A stretch of DNA of 59,832 nucleotides, counting the filler. It is 5 parts of 5 records of this genome, joined end to end, with 100 filler letters (N's around TTAATTAATTAA, not from the genome) between each part and the next. Parts side by side here need not be neighbours in the genome. Positions count along the whole stretch, not along the records: positions 29,896 to 40,020 come from DRR723986_7380; positions 40,121 to 46,683 come from DRR723986_7390; positions 46,784 to 59,832 come from DRR723986_7392; 2 more parts are not named here. One strand, written 5' to 3'. Positions 37,501-47,431 of the stretch are shown here, in pieces (the first letter of the stretch is position 1; every line of letters starts with the position of its first letter). The position numbers were made by a program, and so were the translations under genes. The notes below the pieces were generated by a model that saw only the letters and a list, made by a program, of their open reading frames with translations, was not told where the DNA came from and made no database searches.

Positions 37501-37988
37501 GATTGCAGCCCATCCGCTGGGCCGGGCAACGGCAATTGTCGGGTGCAGAATTGGCACGCAACGGGCATCTTTGGCCCGTGCTGATCCGGCAGGGTGCGTT
37601 GGGCAAAGGCATGCCAGAGCAGGATTTGCTGGTCTCGCCCAATCACCGCCTGTTGATTGTCAGCGATCAAAGCGCGCTTTACTTCGAAGAGCGTGAAGTG
37701 TTGGTCGCGGCAAAACATCTGACCTCACGGCCCGGCATCGACGTGGTGCAGGCCAGTGATCTGACCTACGTGCATCTGATGTTTGACCAGCACGAGGTGA
37801 TCCTGTCCGGCGGCGCCTGGAGCGAGAGTTTTCAACCGGGTGACAATTCTCTTGCCGGCGTCGCGCAGGATCAACGCAATGAGATCTTTGAACTTTTCCC
37901 CGAACTGGCCACCCAAGAAGGCGTCACGGCATATGGGGCGGCGCGTCGGTCGTTGCGCAAACATGAGGCGCATCTCTTGTCACCATAA
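34530..37988 (+). CDS. Large adhesin-like protein: 4 cadherin/Ig-like repeats, RTX repeats, C-terminal Hint (BIL) domain
   Basis: N..P.A..D...L.ND.D.D repeats x4; many GG.G.D repeats; PCFTPGTLIATP...VSPNHR...WSESF; RBS AGGAG before ATG 34530. Confidence 0.88.
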   Translation: MIKIIDFNALTAGVAVEDAYAAHGINISAKGGAGQARVIDTSDAKGQDADLASDKLGGALIIAAPDDPDEYAGSDAAGSLFFDFDGPVRIKSLTFKDIEAVPGGATRLIFYDDSGEVMENHWVDPTEDGGERRVELSVPGTARVEVVLPKGGAVDNLVFEDKNPSSKNHDPIAKDDNAELDEDNSIVLQVLANDTDPDGDPLILSAASSEQGEVVINEDGTVTFTPDADFAGDAEINYTIEDGHGGQGDAVVALTVHPVNDAPVAEDDTASTPYGAPVVIDLLGNDTDVDNAPETLAIAELISDTGSVEDNGDGTVTFTPDDGFSGDAIITYAVVDPSGAKDTGEAVVTVGQGNADPVAGADSIETQEDTAVMIDVLSNDSDPDGDPLTLIEADSPDGGVSLQDGQILFTPAVDFHGDTTVSYRISDGKGGTAESTVNVSVLPMNDAPLAEEDSAETDYETPIIGHQVLDNDTDPDAEDVLSLVAAQSEDGQVEINPDNTVNFTPNPGFSGVATVLYTVSDRPADDPEGASDQGIFTITVASPTGSDGFVDGGEEAELIDENYLGDPDGDLIDGADAVLHGSGPEDDFIRAGAGNDTILAGAGDDVIEGGAGDDLITDTAGRETVTGGEGNDVIDTGRAGTPAPDLGYPAAETDDLSFAPDDDPEDDRDAVDGGAGDDLIRTGDDRDTITGGAGADTIDGGIDDDVINGDSEADLIIGGEGSDNIFGGTGDDTIYAGLDPALGLDLLNIPDDPEEDALSTPDRSPFNGRDTVSGGDGNDVIYGADDDDLLLGGAGDDLLDGEIDDDHLSGGTGADTLLGGQGEDSLFGNEDSDILEGGAGNDLLDGGGADDMLSGGEGDDLLLGAMGDDILSGGAGSDTMSGGEGMDLFTGVTIGDVIDGGSGPVDFDTLDLRGSVVEGGRFEINYLTDDQQSGEVQYFDAEGAATGTLRFDEIEAVVPCFTPGTLIATPKGQRRVETLQVGDHVITRDNGLQPIRWAGQRQLSGAELARNGHLWPVLIRQGALGKGMPEQDLLVSPNHRLLIVSDQSALYFEEREVLVAAKHLTSRPGIDVVQASDLTYVHLMFDQHEVILSGGAWSESFQPGDNSLAGVAQDQRNEIFELFPELATQEGVTAYGAARRSLRKHEAHLLSP

Positions 37989-38011
37989 CCGGCCGCAACG
38001 GGTGTCGCGGC

Positions 38012-38623
38012 TCAGTCACGCGCTTTGCGCCAGGCGGCCCAGTCTTCGGGGGTGTCCAAATCCCCGCGGGCGCGGTTGCCTGGCAGTGGGATCAGGGCCA
38101 CATGCCCTTGGGCGCGTGCCACAACTTCGCGCCCGCCGCTGTCCCCCTTGAGGGCGGCAAAGGCATCAAACAGGGTATTGCGAAAGATGATCGGATGACC
38201 GGGCGCGCCCTGCGCCGTTGCGCCGCGCCACACCTGCGTGTCGCTTCGCAGATCCACGGCGCGGGCCAATTTGCACAGGTCAGAAACCTGCAAATCCGGC
38301 AAATCGCCGAGCAGAACCATGGCACAAGAGGCGTCTTTGGGCAGGGCGGCGACGCTGCGGCGCAGGCTGGCGTTCATTCCGGTATCGGCATCCGGCACCG
38401 GCAAACAGGTCACAACCAGACCATCTAGCGCCTCATACCTTGGGTGCGGGCGCGGCGGGAGCGCGACAATCACGCTGCCAGATGTGGCAATCCGTGCTTT
38501 CTGAGCCTGTGCCCTGATCAGCGGCACGCCGTCCACCTCTTCCAGCAGCTTGTCACGGCCTCGCATGCGGCGGGATTGCCCCGCCGCAAGCAGAATTATG
38601 GGAAAGGTAAACCTGTCGATCAT
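38012..38623 (-). CDS. MocA-like nucleotidyltransferase
   Basis: LLAAGQSRRM.G.DKLL, LGDLP, GHP..F, GD.G.R, DLDTPED. Confidence 0.85.
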   Translation of the reverse strand: MIDRFTFPIILLAAGQSRRMRGRDKLLEEVDGVPLIRAQAQKARIATSGSVIVALPPRPHPRYEALDGLVVTCLPVPDADTGMNASLRRSVAALPKDASCAMVLLGDLPDLQVSDLCKLARAVDLRSDTQVWRGATAQGAPGHPIIFRNTLFDAFAALKGDSGGREVVARAQGHVALIPLPGNRARGDLDTPEDWAAWRKARD

Positions 38624-38654
38624 CGGGGCAGCTTACGCCCGGACCAACAGATTG

Positions 38655-40020
38655 TCAGCCGCGCATCCGCGCCCCTTCGGGATCAAACAGCGGTGTTGTG
38701 ATCAACTTGGCCGGACGCATCTTGCCCAGAATCTCGATCTCGACCTGCAAGCCTTCCTCCGCGCGTTCTGTTGGCAAAAAGCCCATGGCGATGGATTTCT
38801 GCGCATGGTGCGAATAGCCGCCCGAGGTGCAGAACCCAACCACAGCGCCGTCCAGCCAGATCGGCTCATAGCCATGCACATCCGCATCATCCGCATCGAC
38901 CTCAAAGGCCATCAACTTGCGGGCAGGGGGCGTGGCCCGTTCTGCTTCGGCGGCTGCGCGGCCAATGAAATCGGTGTTCTTTTTGAAGCTGATAAAGCGG
39001 TCCAGCCCGGTTTCGGCAGCAGTGTAATCGGGCGAGAACTCCGACAACCACGAGCCAAAGAACTTGTCCAGACGCAGGGACATCATCGCACGCATACCAA
39101 AGGGCACCATGCCGTGATCCTGACCCGCGCCCCAAAGCGCGTTCCACAACGCACGTTGGTCCATCGGATCACAGTAGATCTCAAAGCCCAGATCACCTGT
39201 GTAGCTGACCCGCTGCACGATACAGGCGACTTGACCAATGGTCATTTCCCACACATCGAGGAACTTCATGGTCGAGACATCAGTGCGCGTGCAGGCCTGC
39301 AGCACATCGCGGGCCTTGGGGCCAGCAATCTGGAAGCCGTTGCGGCGATCAGAGATCTTTTCGACCTCAACGCCATCCTCAAGATGGCTCAGGAACCAGC
39401 GATGGTGATAGGCCTGCGAGCCATAGGAGGCCGTAAGTTGGAACAGGTCTTCTGCCAGACAGGAAATGGTGAAATCACCAAACAACCTGCCCTTTTCGGA
39501 CAGCATTGGCGTCAGGGACAAACGGCCCTTCTGCGGAACGCGGCCCGCCATGATCCGGTCCAGCCATGCACGCGCCTTTGGCCCTTTGATCAGGAACTTA
39601 CCAAAGTTCTGCACCTCGTTGATGCCAACTGCGTTGCGCACGCCAGCCACTTCACGGGCGGTTGCGTCAAAGGCGTCCGAGCGGCGGAAGCTGGGGGTTT
39701 CATAGGTTGGCTCGTCGCCTTGGGCGAAGTAGTTTGGCACTTCAAGGCCAAACTGTTGGCCCCAGACCGCGCCCATTTCCGTAAAGATGTCATACATCGG
39801 CGTAGTGCGATGCGGACGCGCGGCGGGCAGCTCTTCGTTTGGATAGGCAACAGAGAAGCGTTTTTGATAGTTTTCAATGACCTTGGGTAGCGTGTAGCCG
39901 GGCGTGATCCAATCGCCAAAACGGGCCACGTCCATCGCCATCACGTCGCGCTCCGGCTCGCCTTCGATCATCCATTGCGCCAGCATCAGACCAACGCCGC
40001 CGCCTTGGCTGAACCCGGCC
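38655..40020 (-). CDS. GcvT-family FAD oxidoreductase (dimethylglycine dehydrogenase-like), 5' truncated
   Basis: AGFSQGGGVG at contig end, PNEELPAARP, RVSYTGDLGFE, SLRLDK, FDPEG.RMR. Confidence 0.87.
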
Positions 40021-40120
40021 NNNNNNNNNNNNNNNNNNNNNNNNNNNNNNNNNNNNNNNNNNNNTTAATTAATTAANNNNNNNNNNNNNNNNNNNNNNNN
40101 NNNNNNNNNNNNNNNNNNNN
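40021..40120. other. Artificial contig linker
   Basis: N-run with TTAATTAATTAA. Confidence 0.99.
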
Positions 40121-40214
40121 AGCGCACGTCGAGCGGTTCGGACAGGCAGGCGCGCGCCACCTCTCCGGCGCGGCGCGCGGCGTCGATCAGCAGAGAGAGG
40201 TCACTCTCCGGCAA
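40121..40214 (-). CDS. N-terminal fragment of a probable inositol monophosphatase/CysQ-family protein
   Basis: TTG start overlapping the pmbA stop: MPESDLSLLIDAARRAGEVA...; inferred from N-terminal similarity and typical synteny. Confidence 0.55.
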
Positions 40215-41547
40215 GCGTCAGCCCCTCGACCAGAAGCGAGGGCACGACGCGCGTCAGCCATGGCCGGGCATCGTTGGCCGGCACGATGGAACCCAGCATC
40301 TGCCGCAGGTTGCCGGCAATGGTCACACCCGAGACCGGGTAGGCGGGCGCGCCGTTCTCGATCCAGAACCCCGCCGCCCCGCGCGAGTAATCGCCGGTGT
40401 TGGGGTTGATGGTGGAGCCGATCATGGAGGTCACGAGCAGGCCGGTGCCCATCTGCGCCATCAGGTCCTCGCGGCTGGCCCCGCCCTGCGTCAGCGACAG
40501 GTTCCACGTCGAGGGAGAGACCCCGCCCGCCACCGACCGCACCGCATTGGCGCTGCTGTCCAGTCCCAGCTTGCGGGCATTGGCAAGGTCCAGCGTCCAG
40601 CCCTTCAGAATCCCGCTTTCGATCAGGGCACGGGCGCGCGTCGCCAGCCCCTCGGCATCGAAGCGGCGCGAGGCGCTGCTGCGCGGCTTCCACGGGTCCT
40701 CGGTCAGGTCGATGCCCTCGGGCAGGACCCGGTCGCCCATCGCGTCGCGCAACCAAGAGGCGCCGCGCGCGATCTGCGCGCCGTTGATCGCCGCGACGAG
40801 GTGGCCGATCAGCGAGGACGAGATGCGCTCGTCGAAGAGCACCGGATAGGCGCCGGTCTTCGGCTTGCGGGGGCTCAGGCGCTCCACCGCGCGGGTCGCG
40901 GCGATGGCGCCGATCTCTTCGGGGCTGCGCAGGTCGGACTGGAACACGCGGGAATCGCCGTCGTAATCGCGTTCCATCCCCGTGCCCTCGCCCGCGATGG
41001 CAAGGCAGGAGATATACCGCGAGGTGCGGCGATACTGCCCGGCAAAGCCGTTGCTGGCGGCAAGGGCGACCTCTTGCGCGCTGTACCCGGCGGTGGCGGA
41101 TTGCACCTGCGCGACCTTGCCGTTTTCCAGCGCGGCGGCCTCTGCGCGGCGGGCATCGTCCTGCAGCGCCGCCGGGTCCGGTTCCGGCGCGGGGTCGTGC
41201 AACTCAAGGCCCTCGGCGTCGCGGGCTTCGGTCAGCTGCGCGGGATCGGCGAGGCCCAGATAGGGGTCCTCGGGCGCCTCGCGCGCCATGGCGACCGCGC
41301 GTTCCGCCATGGCGGCCAGCGTTTCGGGCCGGGCGTCGGAAGACGAGACCACGGCAGAGCGCTGCCCCAGAAGGACGCGCAGGCCGATGTCGGTGCCTTC
41401 GGCGCGCTCTGCCTGCTCCAGCGCGCCGCCGCGCACGTCGATGGACAGGGCGCTGCCCGAGAGCGCGATGGCGTCGGCGGCATCGGCCCCGGCGCGGCGC
41501 GCGGCGTCGATCAGCTGTTCGGCAAGCGAAAGGGGCGTCTGCGGCAT
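40201..41547 (-). CDS. pmbA: TldD/PmbA family protein
   Basis: SNGF, FDAEG, NPNTGDYSRGAAGFWIENG, TIAGNL. Confidence 0.88.
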   Translation of the reverse strand: MPQTPLSLAEQLIDAARRAGADAADAIALSGSALSIDVRGGALEQAERAEGTDIGLRVLLGQRSAVVSSSDARPETLAAMAERAVAMAREAPEDPYLGLADPAQLTEARDAEGLELHDPAPEPDPAALQDDARRAEAAALENGKVAQVQSATAGYSAQEVALAASNGFAGQYRRTSRYISCLAIAGEGTGMERDYDGDSRVFQSDLRSPEEIGAIAATRAVERLSPRKPKTGAYPVLFDERISSSLIGHLVAAINGAQIARGASWLRDAMGDRVLPEGIDLTEDPWKPRSSASRRFDAEGLATRARALIESGILKGWTLDLANARKLGLDSSANAVRSVAGGVSPSTWNLSLTQGGASREDLMAQMGTGLLVTSMIGSTINPNTGDYSRGAAGFWIENGAPAYPVSGVTIAGNLRQMLGSIVPANDARPWLTRVVPSLLVEGLTLAGE

Positions 41548-41668
41548 GGGATCCTCTGCGTTCCGGAGCCCTTCCGAGGTAGGCCGGACGCGCCCGGGAC
41601 GCAAGGGCGGCGCCGGGCCCCACATGTCTTTCGACGAGCCGGGCCCGGTCCCGGCGCCAGACGGTGCC

Positions 41669-42427
41669 TCAGCCCGAGGGGGCGGTGACGCCGACGATCG
41701 GCCCCATGCGGCGCCCGAGGTCGGACCGGTTCATCTGCGGTGCATGCAGCCGCGAGACGTTGCCGTCGAGGAACAGCGCGTTCGGCAGCTTGAGGTCATC
41801 CCGGAACAGCCGGGCGAAATCATGGAAGGTCACGGTGTTGCGCGAGATCGCGAAGACCACGCGCCTGCCGTCCGGCGAGGTGCCGACGCCGTTGCGGACA
41901 TAGCGCGAGGTGCTGTCGGGCAGGAAGCGCGGGTGCAACTCGTTGTCGATCACCAGCATCGGGCCGGATTGCGTCGCATGGCGGCAGCGCGGGCGGCGGG
42001 CGAGGAAATCGCGCGTCTCGATCACGTCGGCACGCGCATCGCGGATGCACAGGATGCCGTTCGGCAAGAGGCCGAAGTTGCCCGGGCCGGGGTCGGGCAC
42101 GACGCGCATCGCCTCCTGCCCGTCTTCGACATAATAGCCCACCGGCGCGCGATCCTCGTGGTACATCCCCGCGTTCATGCCGAAGGTCAGGCTTTGCCCC
42201 TCGGCGTTCAGGGCGGTTTCGAGCCGTTTGAACTGGCCCCAGGGCTCGCCCTCGGGGTCGTCGAGGAACAGGCGCAGCGTCTCGCGCGCGGGGTCGACCT
42301 CGCAGACCGTATAGCGGTTGTCCTCGAACGAGATGTTCCGGCAGTCCACGGCCGCGACCCCCTGCGGCAGAAGGGCCATGGCCAGCGCCGCAATCAGGGC
42401 GCCCGGTCGGATCGCTGCGGCAGGCAT
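41669..42427 (-). CDS. Phosphodiester glycosidase (NAGPA/YigE-like) exported protein
   Basis: MNAGMYH, GNFGLLPNG, QSGPMLV, RNGVG, LFLDG. Confidence 0.8.
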   Translation of the reverse strand: MPAAAIRPGALIAALAMALLPQGVAAVDCRNISFEDNRYTVCEVDPARETLRLFLDDPEGEPWGQFKRLETALNAEGQSLTFGMNAGMYHEDRAPVGYYVEDGQEAMRVVPDPGPGNFGLLPNGILCIRDARADVIETRDFLARRPRCRHATQSGPMLVIDNELHPRFLPDSTSRYVRNGVGTSPDGRRVVFAISRNTVTFHDFARLFRDDLKLPNALFLDGNVSRLHAPQMNRSDLGRRMGPIVGVTAPSG

Positions 42428-42431
42428 CCGG

Positions 42432-42827
42432 TCAGCTCTCCACGTCCCGGCGCACGGTTTCGTCGGACATCAGACGACGGGTGTCCTCGAGCCGGTCGAA
42501 GGTGTCGTCCAGCCGGAACCGCAGCTCGGGCGCGTGTTTCAGGTCGAGCCCCTTCGCCAGAAGACGCCGCAACTCACCGCGGTTGCGGTGCAGCAGGTCG
42601 AACATCTCCTGCTGGTTCTCGCCGCCCAGCGGCACCACGTAGGCGGTGGCGATTCGCAGGTCCGGAGAGACGCGCACCTCGCCCACGGTGATGGGAATGC
42701 GATTGAGGTCCGGATCGTGCACATCGCCGCGCGAGAGCACTTCGGAAAGACGGCGGCGGATGACCTCGCCGACGCGGAGTTGCCGTTGGCTGGGGCCGGA
42801 GCCCTCGGAGGATCTGTTGCGTGCCAT
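42432..42827 (-). CDS. rbfA: Ribosome-binding factor A
   Basis: QRQLRVGE, EVRVSPDL..AT, PELRFRLD. Confidence 0.93.
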   Translation of the reverse strand: MARNRSSEGSGPSQRQLRVGEVIRRRLSEVLSRGDVHDPDLNRIPITVGEVRVSPDLRIATAYVVPLGGENQQEMFDLLHRNRGELRRLLAKGLDLKHAPELRFRLDDTFDRLEDTRRLMSDETVRRDVES

Positions 42828-42935
42828 GGCCCAGACTTAAGCCGGTCGCAGGGTTTTGCCAAGCAGCCTCCGCCGCGATAAGGAGACGCGAAGGCGCGGC
42901 GCAGGGGTGCCGCCGGGGAAATCGGAGAAAGACGC

Positions 42936-43748
42936 ATGGTCGACAGCGTTGGCGTGGTGGTGACGGGAGTCTCGGGCCGTATGGGGCAGATGCTGGTGCG
43001 CGAGATAAACGCGCACGATCGGCTGCATCTTGCCGGTGCGCTGGAGCGCGCGGGCCATGACTGGATCGGTCGCGATCTGGGCGAGGCCATGGGCGGGGCG
43101 GCATCGGGCGTCGTGGTTTCGGACGACGCGCTCGAAGCCTTTGCCCGGGCGCAGGCGGTGATCGACTTCACCGCCCCCGCGGCGACGGTGGGATTCGCCG
43201 AACTGGCCGCGCAGGCGCGGGCGGTGCATGTGATCGGCACGACCGGATTGGCGCCGGAGGATCTGGAACGGATCGCGGCGGCGGCGCGGCACGCGGTGGT
43301 GGTTCGGGCCGGGAACATGAGCCTTGGCGTGAACCTGCTGACCAAGGTGACGCAGCAGGTGGCGAAGGCGCTGGATGCGGAATGGGACATCGAGATCGTC
43401 GAGGCGCATCACAACCGCAAGGTCGATGCGCCCTCGGGCACGGCGCTGATGCTGGGCGAGGCCGCAGCCGCCGGGCGGGGCGTGTCGCTGGACGCGGTCT
43501 CGGACCGGGGCCGCGACGGCATCACCGGCGCGCGCGAGGCCGGTAGCATCGGGTTCCACGCGATCCGGGGCGGCGATATCGTGGGCGAGCACGAGGTGAT
43601 CTTTGCCGCCGCAGGAGAGCGGATCGTGCTGAAGCACATCGCGAGCGACCGCGCGCTGTTCGCCCGGGGCGCGCTGAAGGCCGCGCTGTGGGGGCAGGAC
43701 AAGGCGCCCGGGGAATACGACATGCTGGACGTGCTCGGCCTCGACTGA
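42936..43748 (+). CDS. dapB: 4-hydroxy-tetrahydrodipicolinate reductase
   Basis: [28 protein letters not shown]. Confidence 0.95.
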   Translation: MVDSVGVVVTGVSGRMGQMLVREINAHDRLHLAGALERAGHDWIGRDLGEAMGGAASGVVVSDDALEAFARAQAVIDFTAPAATVGFAELAAQARAVHVIGTTGLAPEDLERIAAAARHAVVVRAGNMSLGVNLLTKVTQQVAKALDAEWDIEIVEAHHNRKVDAPSGTALMLGEAAAAGRGVSLDAVSDRGRDGITGAREAGSIGFHAIRGGDIVGEHEVIFAAAGERIVLKHIASDRALFARGALKAALWGQDKAPGEYDMLDVLGLD

Positions 43749-44015
43749 GCGCGGGCCACCGGGCGGGACTGTTGCCTGCGGCAAGGCGCCCGCCCGCCGG
43801 CCCGGCCTGTCGCCTGACCGCGGGGTGGGGGCCTGAGGCGGGCGGGCCGTCCGCTACAGGCTCATCAAGCCAAAGCATCTGCGCCGTCATCATTCGCGCC
43901 ATGCCTGACAGACCGCTTCGACCCGCGCAGGCGGTGGCGGCTCTGCTGCACTCGCTAGGCAAGAGGCCGGTCGGCCCCTCGGAGGCATGGGCGTCCCGCT
44001 GGCTTGGCCCGCGGA

Positions 44016-44204
44016 TCAGAAGTCGATGGCGATGCCCTTCTTCTCCCAATCGCCATAGCGGGCGGGATCGGGACCGTCGCGACCGCCAAGCTCGGTCGGG
44101 GCCGGGTGGGCGCGGGCCTCTGCCTCGGCCTTGGCACGGCGCTCTTGGGCTTCGGCCAGGGCGCGCAGGGCGGCGGGGGGCAGATCGCGGGGCGTGTCGG
44201 ACAT
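44016..44204 (-). CDS. DUF1674 (SDHAF4-like) small protein
   Basis: ELGGRDGPDPARYGDWEKKGIAIDF C-terminal motif. Confidence 0.85.
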   Translation of the reverse strand: MSDTPRDLPPAALRALAEAQERRAKAEAEARAHPAPTELGGRDGPDPARYGDWEKKGIAIDF

Positions 44205-44282
44205 CGGGCTTTCCTCGGCTGGTGCCTCTTGATATACGCGCCGATTGTTGCGGGGCAAGGTGTCCCGCCCCCCGGAGATGCC

Positions 44283-45560
44283 ATGCCGACCAGTCCCAGC
44301 CCCGCCCGTCTTGCCGCCGTCGACCTGCTGGATCAGGTGCTTGCGCAGGGGCGTCCGCTGTCGGAAGTGGCCCGGCTCGACGCTCTGGCGCCCGCCGACC
44401 GCGCCGCCGCGCAACGGCTGGCGCTGGAGGTGCTGCGCGGGCTGGAACGCGCCGACAAGCTGTTGAAGCCGCATCTGCGCAAGGCGCCCGCCGTCCGGGT
44501 GATGAACATCCTGCGTCTCGGCACAGTGGAGCTTTGTACCGGCGGCGCCGCGCATGGCGTGGTCAGCGACTGCGTCGAGATCGCCGCCAAGGGCAAGCGC
44601 ACGCAGGGTGCGAAGGGCTTGGTCAACGCCGTCCTGCGCAAGGTGGCGGAGACCGGGCCGGAGGGCTGGGCGCGTCTGCGCGTGCCGCGTCTGCCGAAGT
44701 GGCTGCGCGGGCCGCTGGTGGCCGCATGGGGCCCCGAGGCCGTGGCCGCGATGGAGCGGGCGCATTTCGCCGGTGCGCCTCTGGACCTGTCGATGAAGAC
44801 GGGCGTGCCGGAGGGGCTGGGGGGCGAGGCCCTGCCCACCGGCTCGGTCCGCCTGCAGGACGCGGGGCAGGTGACGGCCCTGCCGGGGTTCGAGGCCGGC
44901 GACTGGTGGGTGCAGGATGCCGCCGCCGCCCTGCCGGTCAAGCTTCTGGGCGACGTGAAGGGCCTCAGGGTCCTCGACATGTGCGCGGCGCCGGGGGGCA
45001 AGACGCTGCAACTGGCGGCCGCGGGCGCCGAGGTCACGGCGCTCGACCTCTCGGAGGCGCGCCTGCAACGGGTGCGCGAGAACCTCGCCCGCACCGGGCT
45101 GGAGGCGCGGCTGATCGCCGGTGACGCGCTGGAGCATGACGAGACCTACGACGTCGTGCTGCTGGACGCGCCCTGTTCGGCCACCGGCACGATCCGGCGC
45201 CACCCGGACCTGCCGCATGTCCACAAGGGAGAGCGCATCAGCGAGTTGATCGGCCTGCAGGAGGCCCTGCTGGACCACGCGCTGCGGCTGGTGAAACCGG
45301 GCGGGCGGCTGGTCTACGCGACCTGCTCGCTGATCCCCGACGAGGGCGAATGCCATGTGGACGAGGCCCTTCAGCGCCATCCCGGCCTGACTGTGCTGCG
45401 CCCCGACGCGCCGTGGATCGAAGAGGCGTGGCGTTCCAGCGAGGGCGGGCTGCGGCTCCGGCCCGATTTCTGGGCGGAGCGCGGCGGCATGGACGGGTTT
45501 TACATGGCCGTCCTGCAGCGCGGCGAAAGCGTTGATGACTTGGACGGCCCGGCGGGGTAG
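44283..45560 (+). CDS. rsmB: RsmB/NOP-family RNA m5C methyltransferase
   Basis: NusB-like N-terminus, VQD, DMCAAPGGKT, DAPCSATG, YATCS. Confidence 0.88.
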   Translation: MPTSPSPARLAAVDLLDQVLAQGRPLSEVARLDALAPADRAAAQRLALEVLRGLERADKLLKPHLRKAPAVRVMNILRLGTVELCTGGAAHGVVSDCVEIAAKGKRTQGAKGLVNAVLRKVAETGPEGWARLRVPRLPKWLRGPLVAAWGPEAVAAMERAHFAGAPLDLSMKTGVPEGLGGEALPTGSVRLQDAGQVTALPGFEAGDWWVQDAAAALPVKLLGDVKGLRVLDMCAAPGGKTLQLAAAGAEVTALDLSEARLQRVRENLARTGLEARLIAGDALEHDETYDVVLLDAPCSATGTIRRHPDLPHVHKGERISELIGLQEALLDHALRLVKPGGRLVYATCSLIPDEGECHVDEALQRHPGLTVLRPDAPWIEEAWRSSEGGLRLRPDFWAERGGMDGFYMAVLQRGESVDDLDGPAG

Positions 45561-45610
45561 GATCGGCGCAACAGCCCCCGAAGGGGCGGCAAGAGGCAGT
45601 GCAGAGACCC

Positions 45611-46683
45611 ATGGCGACGCGTCGGAACTGGCGAACCGCGCAGGCGCGGGCATTGGACCGTGTCCATGCCCGTCTGGCGGCGCGTGCCCGGCCCGCGCGC
45701 GGCTTCGTCTCGCAGCCCGAACCCCGCACCATCGGTTTCTTCGCCAAGGGCCGCCAGCTGATGGCGGGCAACCTGATGTTCGCGGGCCATCTGGTCGAGG
45801 CGAAGGGCGTCCTGCCTTGGGATGTCGACGCCCCGGACGAGGGCTTCGTCGAGGAGTTGCAGGGCTTTGCATGGCTCGACGATCTGGCCGCGGTGGGGGA
45901 CATCCGGGCCCGCAAGCTGGCGCAGGAGTGGGTCTGGGGCTGGATCGACCGCTACGGCAACGGCGTGGGAATCGGCTGGAGCCCCGGGCTGACCGGGCGC
46001 CGGGTGATCCGCTGGATCCATCACGCGCTGTTCCTGTTGCGCGGCCGCCCTGCGGAAGAGGCCGAGGCCTTCTATCGCGCGCTGGCCGCGCAGGCGCGGT
46101 TCCTGTCGAAACGCGGGCAGGCGGCGGAGCCCGGCCTGCCGCGCTTCGAGGCGATGACGGGACTGCTTTATGCGGGCCTCTCGCTGGAGGGGATGGAGGA
46201 CCACGTCGCCCCGGCCTTGGCGGTGCTGAGCGCCGAGTGTCGTCGGCAGGTGGACGCGCAGGGCGGCATTCCGACCCGCAACCCCGAGGAGTTGCTCGAG
46301 GTCTTCACCCTGCTCACATGGGTGCAATCGGCGCTGCAAGAGGCGCACCGCGAGACCGACGCCGCGATCACCGAAGCCATCGCCCGCATCGCGCCCACGC
46401 TGCGCACCCTGCGCCACGCGGACGGCGGTCTGGCGCGGTTCCATGGCGGCGGGCGCGGGCTGGAAGGCCGGCTGGACCAGTCGCTGGCGGCCTCGGGCAG
46501 CAAGAAGCGGCAGGCGGACGGGCTCGCCATGGGCTTCGCGCGGCTGTCGGCGGGCCGGACCAGCGTGATCGTGGACGCCGCCCCGCCGCCGCAGGGTGCG
46601 GCCTCGGCGCAGGCCCATGCCTCGACGCTGGCCTTCGAACTGACCTCCGGGCGCAGGCCGGTGGTGGTCAATTGCGGTTCGGG
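45611..46683 (+). CDS. Heparinase II/III-family protein, 3' truncated
   Basis: F.WLDDL, DG.LARFHGG, HASTLAFEL...VVNCG; typical position after rsmB. Confidence 0.78.
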
Positions 46684-46783
46684 NNNNNNNNNNNNNNNNN
46701 NNNNNNNNNNNNNNNNNNNNNNNNNNNTTAATTAATTAANNNNNNNNNNNNNNNNNNNNNNNNNNNNNNNNNNNNNNNNNNNN
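46684..46783. other. Artificial contig linker
   Basis: N-run with TTAATTAATTAA. Confidence 0.99.
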
Positions 46784-47257
46784 TTCAACCAGGAAATGAG
46801 CAACTTTTTCCCGCGCGGACCGGCGTCCCAGGTTAACCAGCCGCTCAATCAGGATGGCCTGATCTCGTGATCCGATCGTGAAAAAAATGTTGCAAAGCAA
46901 CAAAGATTCCGCGAAGACTTCTGTCAGACGAGACCGGGGAAAGGCACACAGCACTCCGTCCGTGAGCATTCTCAAGCCGGATACACGACTCCGGAACGCA
47001 TAGTCCCTCAAACCGATCACATTACCCGGCACGTAGACATCCAGTACCTGACGGGTGCCGTCCTCCAAGTCTCTGAAGGAGTAAGCCCATCCCTGCTTCA
47101 GCGAGTAGAAATCTCCGGGTGTATCCCCCTGGCACCACACATAGCTGTTCTTGCCGTAGTCTTTGGGATTTTTCTCGAGGGATGCCAGCAGCTCTGCCTC
47201 AGAACGGGAGATAGGGGCGTAGCTCTCGAAGTGTTCGATGATGCAACCGCTTTCCAT
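46784..47257 (-). CDS. Crp/Fnr-family regulator, 3' truncated
   Basis: cNMP-fold (QGD, G.RQ.L..Y.PG..IG), ERLVNLGRRSAREKVAHFL. Confidence 0.85.
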
Positions 47258-47399
47258 GTGATTACCTTTTCTTACCGCCAGCCAGTGAACAACCTATTGA
47301 TAGCAAAGGAAGGCGGGACGGGCAAGGTAGGTCAGTGGAAGGGCCGAATGCGCGAGTCGCGGACCAGGCCTTTCAATGTGTTCGAATAATGGTCCTGGT

Positions 47400-47413
47400 T
47401 TAACCTATGTTAA
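47400..47413. promoter_or_regulatory. Candidate Crp/Fnr-type box TTAAC-N4-GTTAA
   Basis: TTAAC-CTAT-GTTAA; the same palindrome recurs at 52463-52476. Confidence 0.5.
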
Positions 47414-47431
47414 CGACGGTTACAGAACACG

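Noticed and set aside
38012-38623. MocA-like gene as maturation factor for the CoxLM enzyme
   Set aside because: Separate contig; linkage cannot be inferred
28916-40020. Two GcvT-family fragments as halves of one gene
   Set aside because: Both are C-terminal parts with different sequences on separate contigs
43749-44015. 267-bp gap between convergent dapB and DUF1674 as a possible sRNA or small ORF
   Set aside because: No recognisable RNA family, RBS or protein motif
16003-46783. Four repeats of TTAATTAATTAA within N-runs
   Set aside because: Synthetic six-frame-stop linkers, not a biological repeat or CRISPR; ORFs running into them are artefacts
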